The notes under the pieces: model-generated
What the model was told of the DNA's origin: nothing
The model's database searches: none
What the model saw: the letters and a program-made list of their open reading frames with translations, nothing else
Translations under genes and position numbers: made by a program
NCBI GenBank assembly: GCA_051648405.1
Contig: JBOFFC010000134.1
Span: forward strand, 4,317-68,316
Direction: 5' to 3'
Source: Lacipirellulaceae bacterium
GTDB lineage: Bacteria; Planctomycetota; Planctomycetia; Pirellulales; Lacipirellulaceae
DNA length: 64,000 nucleotides
In this document: in pieces, positions 54,233 through 63,623 of the stretch
Layout: each line of letters starts with the position of its first letter
Position numbering within the stretch: position 1 is the first letter of the stretch

Positions 54233-56521
54233 ATGCAATGGAACTGGGACCCCGTCGGCGGCCTGTGGGTGACGGGGGGGCTCGCGCTGCTGCTAGCGCT
54301 GTTGCCGCTGGTTGCCCAACCGCGCGACGCCGCGCTGACCCCCGGCCGGCGCCGCTTGCTCGTCGCGCTGCGGCTCGGGGCGACGCTGCTGCTGCTATTC
54401 GCGTGGCTGCGGCCGACCCTGGTGTGGGTCCGCAGCGAGACGCAGAAGGCGACCCTCGTGCTGCTGGCCGACGACTCGCGCAGCATGAGTGTCGCCGACT
54501 CAATCGACGGCCAATCGCGCTACGCTGTGCTGCGGCGCGCTGTCGAGTCGAGCGCCGACCCCCTGGCGCTGCTCGCGCGGAAGCAAGACGTCCGCGCCTA
54601 CCGATTCAGCGGGGGCTTCGACTCGATGGCGATCGACCGGGGGCGCGTCGCGCTTCCGGACGAGCCGACCGGCGAGGCGACTGCGCTCGGGGCGGCGCTT
54701 GAGCGCGCGCTCGACGACGCCGGCGACGGCCGGCTGCTGGGGATCGTCCTGCTGAGCGACGGCGCGCAGCGCGCCTTGCCGCCGCTCGACGCTTCGCCGC
54801 TGGCCGTCGCGCGGCGACTGGCCGCCGAGGGGACCCCCGTGTTCGCCTTCCCGATGGGGCAGCGCACGACGGGCGCACGCGAGGACCTGGCGATCGAGGA
54901 CCTCGTGGCCAGCGACTCGGCCTTCGCCGGCGCGCCGTTCGAGGCCACGGTCCGCCTCCGCGCGACCGGCTTCCCCAACCAAACCGCCAGCGTGCGGCTG
55001 CTGTGGGAGAACCCCCAGGGGGCCGTCGATCCGGTCGATGCTGCCCGCATCGAGCTCGTCCCCGGGATCGACTCGTACCCCGTCACGCTGCGCCACACGC
55101 CGACCGTCGCGGGGGAGTGGCGCCTGACCGTTATCGCCGACCCGATGGAAGGGGAGACGCTCACCGGCAACAACGAGACCAGCGCGTTCGTCAACGTCCG
55201 CGAAGGGGGCCTGCGGGTCCTGTACCTCGTCGGGGCGACCCGCGTCGGCGGAGCGCCCGGCGTCGAGCAACGGTTCGTACGCGCGTCGCTCGCAGCGTCG
55301 CCCGACCTGGTCGTCGATCGCGTCGTGTTCGACTACCGCCAACCGCAGCAGGGCTTGCCGCCGGCGCTGCGGCCGGGGGCCATCGACGTCGTCGTGCTCG
55401 ACAACCTCGACTCCGACGCGCTGTCGCGCCCCGCGTGGCAGGCGCTCACCGAGCTCGTGCAGGACGGCGCCGGCCTCGCGGTCCTCGGCGGCACGCACAG
55501 CTTCGGCGCCGGCGGGTACCGATCGATCCCGCTCGAGAGCGTGCTCCCCGTCGAAGTGGGCCGCGCCGAGCGGCAGCTCTTCGGCGAGCCGATCCGCGAC
55601 GACGTGCACGTGAAGGGGCCGCTGCGGATGGTCCCCTCGGCTCCGCTGGGGACCAACCACCCGGTGATGCGGCTCGGCTCGCGCGACGAATGGTCGAAGC
55701 TCCCGCCGCTCGACGGCGCCAACCGGCTCGACCGCGACCGCTTGAAGCCCAACGCCGCGCTGCTGGCCGAGGCCGAGGGGAGCGGCGCCCCGCTGGTGGT
55801 CGCCGGCCAGCCGGGCCTGGGGCGCGTGTTGGCGATCGCCGGGGACTCCACCTGGAGGTGGGTGCTCGAAGGGCACGACGACGCCCACCGGCGCTTCTGG
55901 CGGCAAGCCGTGCTGTGGCTCGCAAAGAAGGAAGACACGAACGACCGCCCCGTGTACGTCGAACTGAGCGGCCGCCGCGTGCAACCCGGCGCGCGGCTCG
56001 ACGCGACGCTGGGCGTCAACCTCCCGCAGCGCGTTGGGGCGAACAACGACGACCCGCAACGAGCCGCGACCATCCGCTACGAAGCGCGCGTGGTCGGCCC
56101 CGACGGCGCCGCGCGGCCGCTCGCCGTCGATGGGGGCCGCGTGCGCTCGACCGCCTCGGTGCGCGAGACGCAGGCCCCCGGCGAGTACGCCGTCGAGGTC
56201 CGCGCGCTCAAGGGAGACACGCCGCTAGGCGAAGCGCGGGCCCGGTTCGTCGTGCCGCGCGTGGACCTCGAGCTCGACCGCCCCGGCGCCGAACCCGAGA
56301 CGCTGGCGCAACTCGCCGACGCGACCTCCGCCGCCGGCGGCCGGGTCCTCGCCCCCGAGGAGCTGCCGACCCTCCTCGAAGAGCTCGCCCGCCGCGACCC
56401 CGACCAAAAGCAAGAAGTCGTCAGCCGCTACACGCCGTGGGACACCTGGCCGTTCTTCCTTACGCTGGTGGCGACGCTGGTGGCCGAGTGGTGGCTGCGC
56501 CGCAAGTGGGGCATGCCGTAG
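54233..56521 (+). CDS. membrane protein with VWA-like and DUF1355/GATase-like regions (Bat-operon distal gene)
   Basis: Start at ATG 54233. Two N-terminal TM helices, LLADDSRSMS (DxSxS) and a C-terminal TM (WPFFLTLVATLVAEWWL). Confidence 0.65.
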   Translation: MQWNWDPVGGLWVTGGLALLLALLPLVAQPRDAALTPGRRRLLVALRLGATLLLLFAWLRPTLVWVRSETQKATLVLLADDSRSMSVADSIDGQSRYAVLRRAVESSADPLALLARKQDVRAYRFSGGFDSMAIDRGRVALPDEPTGEATALGAALERALDDAGDGRLLGIVLLSDGAQRALPPLDASPLAVARRLAAEGTPVFAFPMGQRTTGAREDLAIEDLVASDSAFAGAPFEATVRLRATGFPNQTASVRLLWENPQGAVDPVDAARIELVPGIDSYPVTLRHTPTVAGEWRLTVIADPMEGETLTGNNETSAFVNVREGGLRVLYLVGATRVGGAPGVEQRFVRASLAASPDLVVDRVVFDYRQPQQGLPPALRPGAIDVVVLDNLDSDALSRPAWQALTELVQDGAGLAVLGGTHSFGAGGYRSIPLESVLPVEVGRAERQLFGEPIRDDVHVKGPLRMVPSAPLGTNHPVMRLGSRDEWSKLPPLDGANRLDRDRLKPNAALLAEAEGSGAPLVVAGQPGLGRVLAIAGDSTWRWVLEGHDDAHRRFWRQAVLWLAKKEDTNDRPVYVELSGRRVQPGARLDATLGVNLPQRVGANNDDPQRAATIRYEARVVGPDGAARPLAVDGGRVRSTASVRETQAPGEYAVEVRALKGDTPLGEARARFVVPRVDLELDRPGAEPETLAQLADATSAAGGRVLAPEELPTLLEELARRDPDQKQEVVSRYTPWDTWPFFLTLVATLVAEWWLRRKWGMP

Positions 56522-56545
56522 TGAAACGGCACGAAGAAAGGAGGG

Positions 56546-56657
56546 AACCACAGATGAACGCAGATAAACCGGACCGCGAAGCGGCGTCCGTATCCCCCTC
56601 CTTCCTAAGGGGGAGGCCGTTCTTCTAGGGAACGGGGGAGGGGGCGCCCTGGGTACC
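56546..56657. repeat. composite dispersed repeat (W3 word block plus a 65-nt G/C-hairpin module)
   Basis: 56546-56569 is the exact reverse complement of 26362-26385. 56591-56657 is an inverted, diverged copy of 17033-17100 (shared gtaccc, ccccctccccc, gaaRaacggcctccccct, gggggat). Confidence 0.55.
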
Positions 56658-56754
56658 AACGTCCTACCCCGCCATCGACGCGACGGGTGCTACTCCGCCC
56701 TTCGGCTATACTGGTGCAGCAACCCTGCAACCGGACGTGACGAGGAGAACCACG

Positions 56755-56976
56755 ATGAACCGCTCGCTCACGGCTGTCGTCCGCGCCGAAGACGACGTGT
56801 TCGTCGCGCTCTGCCCCGAGCTCGACGTCGCAAGCCAAGGCGAAACGCGCGACGCGGCGATCGCGAACCTCCGCGAGGCGGTCGAACTGTTCTTCGAGTG
56901 CGCGAGCGACGACGAGGTGAAGCGCCGCTTGGGTGGCGACGTCTACGTCACCCAGCTGGAGGTGGCGGTTGGGTAG
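56755..56976 (+). CDS. hicB: HicB-family antitoxin
   Basis: ATG 56755 preceded by GAGGAG. MNRSLTAVVRAEDDVFVALCPELDVASQGETRDAAIANLREAVELF is UPF0150/HicB-like. Confidence 0.7.
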   Translation: MNRSLTAVVRAEDDVFVALCPELDVASQGETRDAAIANLREAVELFFECASDDEVKRRLGGDVYVTQLEVAVG

Positions 56977-57190
56977 GCTTCGAGTGCTCTCGGGGCGTGA
57001 GGTCTGCGCGATCCTCGCCGGGCATGGGTTCGTCGAGGTCAGGCGCCGCGGCAGCCACGTCGTCGTGCAGCGCATCGACGATGACACGACGACGACCGTC
57101 CCGGTCCCCGATCACCGCGAACTTAAGGTCGGCACGCTGAGCTCGATCATCCGCCAGTCCGGCGTGCCGCGGAGTGAGTTCGAGGTTTGA
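56969..57190 (+). CDS. hicA: HicA-family toxin
   Basis: Overlaps the hicB end. (L)GRLRVLSGREVCAILAGHGFVEVRRRGSHVVVQR is a YcfA/HicA pattern. Start codon uncertain (TTG 56969 or GTG 56984). Confidence 0.65.
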   Translation: MGRLRVLSGREVCAILAGHGFVEVRRRGSHVVVQRIDDDTTTTVPVPDHRELKVGTLSSIIRQSGVPRSEFEV

Positions 57191-57356
57191 CCGTTCGCTA
57201 CTCCACTCACTCCGTGCGCGGCTCGCGGAGTACAGCGTAAGCTGCAAAGAGCCTCGCACGTAGTAAGCGGAACGCGCCACGAAGCGGGTTAAACCGCAAG
57301 GTTCTTCGCGCGTCCTTCGCGCCTCCGCGCCTTTGCGTGAGGCTTCTCAAAGCCTC

Positions 57357-58352
57357 TCAGCCGATCTCCACCACGATCTTCCCCACCAGCTCCGCCGAGC
57401 GGTGGATCGTCGCCGCTTCTTGCAGGGCGTGCGCGGCGGCGGCTTCGGCGAGCGGGAAGCGGTGCGCGACCCGCGGCCGGTAGGCGCCCGACGCCAGCCA
57501 GCGTGACAGGTCGTCCGCGCAGACTTGCTGCTCGGCGGGGGTCGCCTTGAACATCACGAACCCGTGCAGGCGGCAGCCTTTGACGTAGAACGGACCGACG
57601 GGGAGCGCGGGCTTCGCGTCGCGGCCGGCCATCACCACCAGTCGCCCGCGCTCGGCGAGCGCCGCGACCGCTTGCTCGAGGTCCGGCTCGCGGCGCGTCT
57701 CCCACCACACATCGACGCCGTTCGGCGCGAGGCGGCGGACCCCGTCGGCGATCGGCTCGGCAAGGTAATCGATCACCGCGTCGGCGCCGGCCGCGAGGGC
57801 CGCGGCGGCCTTTGTCGCCCCTCCGGCGGTCGCGATCACCCGCGCGCCGAGCGCCTTGGCGACCTGCACGACGGCCGAGCCGACCCCCCCTGCCCCGCCG
57901 ACCACCAGCAGCGTCTCCCCCTGGCGCAGGGCGACCTCGCGCACCAGGCCCAAGTGGGCCGTGATCCCCACCAGCGCCCCGGCCGCCGCCGACGCGTCGT
58001 CGATCCCGTCGGGAGTCGCGTAAGCGAACTGGGCGTCGATCGCCGCGTACTCGGCCATCGTCCCCTGGCGCCCGAGCAGCCCCTGGTTCGAGCCCCACAC
58101 CCGCTGGCCGACCGCCAGGCCGCTGACCCCGGGCCCGAGCGCCTCGACCCGCCCCGCGAAGTCACACCCGGGGACGTAAGGTAGAGGGACCGCCATGGCG
58201 ACCATCCCCGACCGCACGTAGGCATCGATCGGGTTCACCCCCGACACGGCCACACGCACCAGGACCTGCCCCGGCCCGACTTCGGGTTGCGGCAGGTCGC
58301 CCAGGCGGATCGAATCGGCGGGCCCCGGCTCGGTCACGTACGCGGCGCGCAT
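57357..58352 (-). CDS. NADPH:quinone oxidoreductase / zinc-type MDR family protein
   Basis: 331-aa ORF with GETLLVVGGAGGVGSAVVQVAK Rossmann motif and an MDR N-terminal GroES-like region. Confidence 0.85.
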   Translation of the reverse strand: MRAAYVTEPGPADSIRLGDLPQPEVGPGQVLVRVAVSGVNPIDAYVRSGMVAMAVPLPYVPGCDFAGRVEALGPGVSGLAVGQRVWGSNQGLLGRQGTMAEYAAIDAQFAYATPDGIDDASAAAGALVGITAHLGLVREVALRQGETLLVVGGAGGVGSAVVQVAKALGARVIATAGGATKAAAALAAGADAVIDYLAEPIADGVRRLAPNGVDVWWETRREPDLEQAVAALAERGRLVVMAGRDAKPALPVGPFYVKGCRLHGFVMFKATPAEQQVCADDLSRWLASGAYRPRVAHRFPLAEAAAAHALQEAATIHRSAELVGKIVVEIG

Positions 58353-58520
58353 CGTCCCCCCCTACGCAAGATCCAACTCAGAACGTCGAACTACGCTACG
58401 GGAGAGGGGTTGCGTGATGAAGGGGGGACGTCCGAGACGAGCTCGTTCTTCGTTTGGGGCCCGTCCCGATTCATAACTTCCTGACGTGATCCCCCTCTCT
58501 CCCTTCCTTAACCGACAACA

Positions 58521-60086
58521 GTGATCTTCCCCCGCAAGACGAGCCGTGGCTTGCTGATCGTCGCCTCGCTGGCGGCGATCGGGTGGGGGCTCGTCACGGT
58601 CCCGCCGCGCGTGATGAGCGGGTACGAGTCCGCCACCAAGGCGGGTTCGTTCGCGGCGACGGCTTACCTGGCGCTAGTGACCCTCGGCGGCGCGGTGCTG
58701 CTGGGGCTCGCCCTCTGGGGGGGGTGGCGGCTGTGGGGGGCGACGCTGCTCACGCAGCGTCGCCAGTCGCGGCGCGCGAAAAACCCCAGCGAGCTGTCAC
58801 GCCGCGACCGCTCGTCGGAGCTCACCGACAACCTGGCCGCGAGCCGCGACCACGCCCTCGCCGCCAGCCCGAGGTTGCGGACCGAAATCGAGCGAGCGAT
58901 CGCCGAGCTCGAAGCGAAGCACGCGACGAAGCGCCTCGAGATCGTCGCCTTCGGCACGATCTCCAGCGGCAAGTCGTCGCTACTCAACGCGCTCGCCGGC
59001 CGCGACGCCTTCACCAGCGACGTCGTCGGTGGCACCACGACCGAGCGGCAGAGCGTCCCCTGGCCCGACAGCGACTCGGTCGTGCTGGTCGATACGCCGG
59101 GGCTCGCCGAGGTGCAGGGGGAGTCGCGCGCCGCGCTTGCGGCCGAGTCGGCGAGCGAAGCGGACCTCGTGCTGTTCGTGGTCGACGGGCCCTTCAAGGC
59201 GTACGAGCACGAGCTGCTGGAGCGACTCGCCGCGATGGAGAAGCGCCTCGTCGTCTGCCTGAACAAAGAAGACTGGTACGACCGCACGCAGCGCGAAGAG
59301 CTGCTCGGGCAGCTCCGCGAGCAGGTCCCGCGCCGCATCGACCCGCGCGACGTGGTCGCCGTCCGCTCGCGGGGGACTGTTCGGCCGGTGGTCCGCGTGT
59401 CGGCCGACGGGGTCGAGAGCCCCGGCACGGCGACGGTCGATCCCGACATCTCGCCGCTTGCCGAGCGGCTGATGGAGATCGTCCGGTCGGACGGCGGGGA
59501 CTTGTTACTTGCCAACCTGCTGATGCAATCGCGCGGCCTGGTGGACGAGGCCAAGGAGCGCGTGCTGGAGACGCTCGACGCCGAGGCCGACGCGCTCATC
59601 GACCGCTACACGTGGGCCTCGGCCGGCGTGGCGGCGGTGAACCCGATCCCCGTGCTCGACCTGCTCGGGGGGAGCGCCGTGACGATCAAGATGGTCGTGG
59701 ACCTGGCGCGGGTCTACAAGCAGCCGATCGACGCCGACACGGTGGTCGAGCTCATGGCGCAGCTCGGCAAGAACCTGATCGGCATGATCGGCGTCTCGGC
59801 GGCGGCGCCGGCCGTGGGCGCCGCGGTCGCCTCGCTGCTGAAGACCGTGCCGGGCGCCGGTTGGATGGCCGGGGGGCTGCTCCAAGGGGTCGTCCAGGCG
59901 CTGCTCACACGCTGGATCGGGCGCGTGTTCCGCGCGTACTACCGGGCCGAGACGCGCCCCACCGCCGCGGGCCTCGCCGAGCTCGCCCGCACCGAGTGGG
60001 TCGCCGCCACCAGCGCCGCCGAGCTCCGCAAGCTCGTTCGCGCCGGGCGCGAACGGCTCGCCGCAGAAGCGGAGCACGCCAAGTGA
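58521..60086 (+). CDS. membrane GTPase with DUF697-like C-terminal domain (paralogue 1)
   Basis: GTG start. Two N-terminal TM helices; G1 GTISSGKSSLLNAL, G3 DTPGL and G4 NKED. The C-terminal hydrophobic region (NPIPVLDLLGGSAVTIKMVVDLARVY) is typical of DUF697/YcjF. Confidence 0.75.
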   Translation: MIFPRKTSRGLLIVASLAAIGWGLVTVPPRVMSGYESATKAGSFAATAYLALVTLGGAVLLGLALWGGWRLWGATLLTQRRQSRRAKNPSELSRRDRSSELTDNLAASRDHALAASPRLRTEIERAIAELEAKHATKRLEIVAFGTISSGKSSLLNALAGRDAFTSDVVGGTTTERQSVPWPDSDSVVLVDTPGLAEVQGESRAALAAESASEADLVLFVVDGPFKAYEHELLERLAAMEKRLVVCLNKEDWYDRTQREELLGQLREQVPRRIDPRDVVAVRSRGTVRPVVRVSADGVESPGTATVDPDISPLAERLMEIVRSDGGDLLLANLLMQSRGLVDEAKERVLETLDAEADALIDRYTWASAGVAAVNPIPVLDLLGGSAVTIKMVVDLARVYKQPIDADTVVELMAQLGKNLIGMIGVSAAAPAVGAAVASLLKTVPGAGWMAGGLLQGVVQALLTRWIGRVFRAYYRAETRPTAAGLAELARTEWVAATSAAELRKLVRAGRERLAAEAEHAK

Positions 60087-61441
60087 CCAGTAGCGCCGCC
60101 AACTCGCCAGCCAATGGCGCCGAGGGGGACCTCCGCGACGCGCTCGCCGCGGTCGAGCGCGCGATCGCCCAGCTCGAGCAGGGGGACTCGGGCGAGCGGC
60201 ACGCGCTCGCCGCCGAGCTCCGCGAGCTGCAAGACCTCGCCGAGAAGCTGCGGCACGGGCGCGTCGAAGTGGCCGTCTTTGGCGAGGTATCGACCGGAAA
60301 GAGCGCGCTCGTCAACGCGCTGGCCGGGTCGAACGTGGCGGGGGTGAACGCCCGGGCGGGGTGGACCCGCGACGTCATCCGCACGGCGTGGGGGGGGACC
60401 GAGCTCCACCTCGGCGGCTTGGGGGACTCGGAGCTGGTGCTCGTCGACACGCCCGGGCTCAACGAGGTCCAAGGGGAAGCCCGCGCCGACCTGGCGCGGT
60501 ACGCCGCCGAGCGGGCCGACGTCGTGGTGTTCGTCACCGACTCGGACCTCAACGAGACCGAGCACACGGCCCTCGCCGAGGCGGCCGCGCTGCACAAGCC
60601 GCTGCTGCTGGTGCTGAACAAGGCCGACCTCTACCTCCCCGCCGACCGCGACAAGCTCGCCGCGGCGCTCCGCGCGCCGCGCGTGACGCGGCTCGTGGGG
60701 GGCCCCGAGAACGTGGTGTTCGCGTCGGCCGACCCGCGCGAGGTCGAGCACCTGATCGAAGGCCCCGACGGCCGCACACGCAGCGAGTGGCGCAAGCCCA
60801 GGCCCGACGTCGATGCCGTGAAGGGGCGGATCCTCGAGCTGCTTGCGGACGAAGGGAAGGCGCTCGTGGCGCTCAGCGCGTCGATGTACGCCGCCGACCG
60901 CACCGACCGCGTCGCGGCGCTGCGGGTGAGGATGCGCGCCGGCCGCGCCGAGCGCGTCGTCTGGACGTACGCCGTCGCGAAGGCGCTCGCCGTGGCGTGG
61001 AACCCCGCGCCGGTGTTCGACGTGGCCGGGGGCCTAGCGTTCGACGCGACGATGGTCGTCACGCTGGCCGGTGTGTACGGAATCCCGATCACCACCGCCG
61101 GGGCGCGCGAGCTAGTGCTGTCGATCCTCAAAGCGGCCGGCTGGATGATCGCCACCGAACTGGCGGTCAGCGTCGGGGCCTCGCTCGCCAAGGCGCTCAC
61201 GCTCGGCGGCAGCACGTGGCTGACGGCGATCCCCCAGGGCGCAGCGGCCGGCTACGGCAGCTACCTCGTGGGCCAAGCCGCGCGCTGCTACTTCGAGCAA
61301 GGGGCAAGCTGGGGCCCCCACGGCCCGAAGAGCGTCGTCGCACGGATCCTCAAGAACACCGACAAGGGACAGGTCGTCGGCCGCCTGAAGGACGAGATTA
61401 GGGCGAAGCTGGGGAAGAACCGGCACGGGGCGGGGCAATGA
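60083..61441 (+). CDS. GTPase with DUF697-like C-terminal domain (paralogue 2)
   Basis: GTGA overlap with paralogue 1. G1 GEVSTGKSALVNAL, G3 DTPGL and G4 NKAD. C-terminal NPAPVFDVAGGLAFDATMVVTLAGVY. No N-terminal TM. Confidence 0.75.
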   Translation: MTSSAANSPANGAEGDLRDALAAVERAIAQLEQGDSGERHALAAELRELQDLAEKLRHGRVEVAVFGEVSTGKSALVNALAGSNVAGVNARAGWTRDVIRTAWGGTELHLGGLGDSELVLVDTPGLNEVQGEARADLARYAAERADVVVFVTDSDLNETEHTALAEAAALHKPLLLVLNKADLYLPADRDKLAAALRAPRVTRLVGGPENVVFASADPREVEHLIEGPDGRTRSEWRKPRPDVDAVKGRILELLADEGKALVALSASMYAADRTDRVAALRVRMRAGRAERVVWTYAVAKALAVAWNPAPVFDVAGGLAFDATMVVTLAGVYGIPITTAGARELVLSILKAAGWMIATELAVSVGASLAKALTLGGSTWLTAIPQGAAAGYGSYLVGQAARCYFEQGASWGPHGPKSVVARILKNTDKGQVVGRLKDEIRAKLGKNRHGAGQ

Positions 61442-62066
61442 GCAATGAGCAATGACCAAACGGGGCTGTCAGCTTTCGGCGGTCGGCTTTCAGCGAGAAC
61501 AACTTCCGTGAGCACAAACCGATGGGTGTTCGACGATCCTCCGAACTGCGCTGTGTTTACTGAGCGAGTCGTGATCAGTGGCGACGCGCACATCGGGAGA
61601 GTGTCCCGTGAATCGGACGATGGAGCATGGCAGTTCCTTGCCTACGGCAGCGAGGCTCGCGCGGAAGATGCAAGACTAGTTGGCCTGGGGACTATCGTTC
61701 GCATCGACCCCACCGTCGAGTTGCTCGCCGACCTTCCGCTCGGTTGGTACGCCTTCAGGGCACGTCCCGACGATCCGTGGCAACGAGTGCCCGAGGCGGG
61801 CGCCACACCCAACCCGTGACGGTTGGGCGCGCTGCCGATCAATCCCGCCGCACAGCGTCCCACGCTGACGCGCGTGGGCATGGCGCCCCACCAACGCGGG
61901 CGAACCTTGTACCCACTTCACACTGCTGGACAAGCCAGCAGTGGCACCGTCCTCTGCGTCTTTGCGTCTCTGCGTGAGTTTTCCTTCGAGGCTCGCCAGC
62001 CAAGCGACGCCCCTGACCACCCACCACCGACCACGGACCCTTTGGTCATTGGTGCTTGGTCATTTG
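61435..62066. mobile_element. putative cassette 3: TGACCAA/GGTCATT-word inverted repeats enclosing a small ORF
   Basis: Left arm 61435-61460 (gcaatgagcaatgagcaatgaccaaa) and right arm 62041-62066 (tttggtcattggtgcttggtcatttg); the inner 11 nt are exactly complementary, about 20 of 26 overall. The arms overlap the stop codons of both flanking convergent genes. Confidence 0.45.
61508..61819 (+). CDS. small hypothetical protein, DUF2185-like by pattern
   Basis: GTG 61508 chosen because the track ATG at 61445 lies inside repeat words. WVFDDPPNCAVFT...ESDDGAWQFLAYG...IVRIDPTV resembles DUF2185. Low certainty. Confidence 0.4.
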   Translation: MSTNRWVFDDPPNCAVFTERVVISGDAHIGRVSRESDDGAWQFLAYGSEARAEDARLVGLGTIVRIDPTVELLADLPLGWYAFRARPDDPWQRVPEAGATPNP

Positions 62067-62533
62067 GCCTCGGCCATCTGCTGCTTCGCCCACGCCGCAA
62101 CTTTTGCCGGCGTCGGGTACTTCATCAGGTTCGCGATCACCAGCATGGCGGCCATCGCGAACGTCATCTGGTCGCGTGTGATCCAGTAGGCGAGCAGGCA
62201 GATCATCGCCGCCGCCTCGGCCACGCCCGACGACATCAGGACCGCGCTGAGGTACGCCCCCGCGAACCGCGTGGGGTCGTCGCGGCCGGCCTTCGCCGCA
62301 GCCTTGGAGGCCATCGACGCGACCACGCGATGGACCACGTCCTGGGCGACGAGCCCCACGAGCCCCACCACGAGCGCGACCTTGATCAGCAGCCCGCGAG
62401 GCTCGGGGTCGAGCGCCGATTGCGGCAGCAGGTGGGCGATCACCGCGAACACGATCGGCGACGACGCCAGCCCCACAACGATGACCTGCATCGTGCGGAC
62501 CTGCGGGGCGATCTGCTCTTCGAGCGTTTCCAT
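62060..62533 (-). CDS. hypothetical integral membrane protein
   Basis: 157-aa ORF with four predicted hydrophobic helices. No family recognised. Confidence 0.55.
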   Translation of the reverse strand: METLEEQIAPQVRTMQVIVVGLASSPIVFAVIAHLLPQSALDPEPRGLLIKVALVVGLVGLVAQDVVHRVVASMASKAAAKAGRDDPTRFAGAYLSAVLMSSGVAEAAAMICLLAYWITRDQMTFAMAAMLVIANLMKYPTPAKVAAWAKQQMAEAK

Positions 62534-62654
62534 GAGGAGATGGGGGGATGACGGAAGGGATGGGGGATGGAGCTGCCGAGCCGCCGATTAGACCCGCCAC
62601 GCCCCGAGGGCCGCGAGTGGGCCGCAGAGTCCCGCTTCACCTCGAACCTCACAA

Positions 62655-62760
62655 AGGGAGAGGTGGGGATGAGGGGAGATCGGGGGATGCAGCGCGAAGC
62701 TTGAAGCTTCGCGAGTTGGGCGCTGCCGAGAGTCCATCCCCTTCATCCCCCTCTCTCCCT
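62655..62760. repeat. 106-bp hairpin element of purine-word family W5 with a central AAGCTT-containing palindrome
   Basis: Left arm 62655-62689 (agggagaggtggggatgaggggagatcgggggatg) and right arm 62734-62760 (ccatccccttcatccccctctctccct). Centre cgcgaagcttgaagcttcgcg. A solo arm of the same words lies at 62534-62570. Confidence 0.6.
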
Positions 62761-62813
62761 TTCTCGACGTCGCCCCAGGGGAGACTAGCGCGGGGGCGAG
62801 CGCTGCGGCTAAA

Positions 62814-63623
62814 GTGGGCCGCATGCTCGAAACGGTCCCCGGCAACTTGTACGACTACCCGAAGTACTACGACCTGGTGTTCGGGTCCGACTGGAAGGCG
62901 GAGTTCGACTTCCTCCTGGGGTGCTTCGATCGGCACGCCGCGCTCGGCCCCCGGAAGCGGGTCCGGCGGCTGTTCGAGCCGGCCTGCGGCACAGGCAGGC
63001 TGATCGCGCGGCTGGGCAAGGCGGGTTACGCGGTCGCGGGGAACGACCTGAACGCCAAGGCGGTCGCGTTCTGCAACGCGCGGCTCCGGCGCCACGGCGT
63101 CGCCGCGACGGCCGTCGTGGGGGACATGGCCGACTTCCGGCTCAAGAAGCCGGTCGATGCGGCGTTCAACACGATCAACAGCTTCCGCCACCTGCCGAGC
63201 GAGGAGGCCGCCGAGGGGCACCTGCGCTGCGTCGCCGAGTCGCTCGTGCCGGGGGGGCTGTACGTGCTCGGGCTGCACCTGACCCCCGAGCGCGGCAAGC
63301 CCCTTTCCGACGAGGAGAGCTGGGCCGCGCGTCGCGGGCACCTGACCGTCCTCTCGCGGATGTGGAGCCAGGGGGTCAACCGCAAGAGTCGGGTCGAGAC
63401 GGTCGGGATGAGTTTTGACGTTTACACGCCGACCCGTTCCTTCCGCTTGGTCGATACGACCGGTTTCCGCACCTACACGGCGCGACAAATGGCCGACCTG
63501 TTGGGCCGCGTCCCCGACCTGTCCGTGGCCGCCGTGTACGATTTCGCGTACGACCTCGACACGCCGGTCGAGATCGACTCCCAGACCGAGGACGTGATCT
63601 ACGTGCTGCGCAAGGAGCCGTAG
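62814..63623 (+). CDS. class I SAM-dependent methyltransferase
   Basis: 269-aa ORF with motif I LFEPACGTGRL and post-I/II blocks (VAGNDLN, VVGDMADF). Start at GTG 62814 or ATG 62823. Confidence 0.8.
   Translation: MGRMLETVPGNLYDYPKYYDLVFGSDWKAEFDFLLGCFDRHAALGPRKRVRRLFEPACGTGRLIARLGKAGYAVAGNDLNAKAVAFCNARLRRHGVAATAVVGDMADFRLKKPVDAAFNTINSFRHLPSEEAAEGHLRCVAESLVPGGLYVLGLHLTPERGKPLSDEESWAARRGHLTVLSRMWSQGVNRKSRVETVGMSFDVYTPTRSFRLVDTTGFRTYTARQMADLLGRVPDLSVAAVYDFAYDLDTPVEIDSQTEDVIYVLRKEP

Noticed and set aside
58583-60082. First half of the 952-aa plus-strand ORF 58583..61441
   Set aside because: This part is an alternative frame over GTPase paralogue 1, with Arg/Gly/Ala-rich nonsense. Only the part from GTG 60083 onward carries G1/G3/G4 motifs.
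61445-61507. ATG 61445 as the start of the small cargo ORF
   Set aside because: The first 21 codons are encoded by the W4 and W2 repeat words (MSNDQTGLSAFGGRLS...), so they are probably non-coding. GTG 61508 was preferred, with low confidence.
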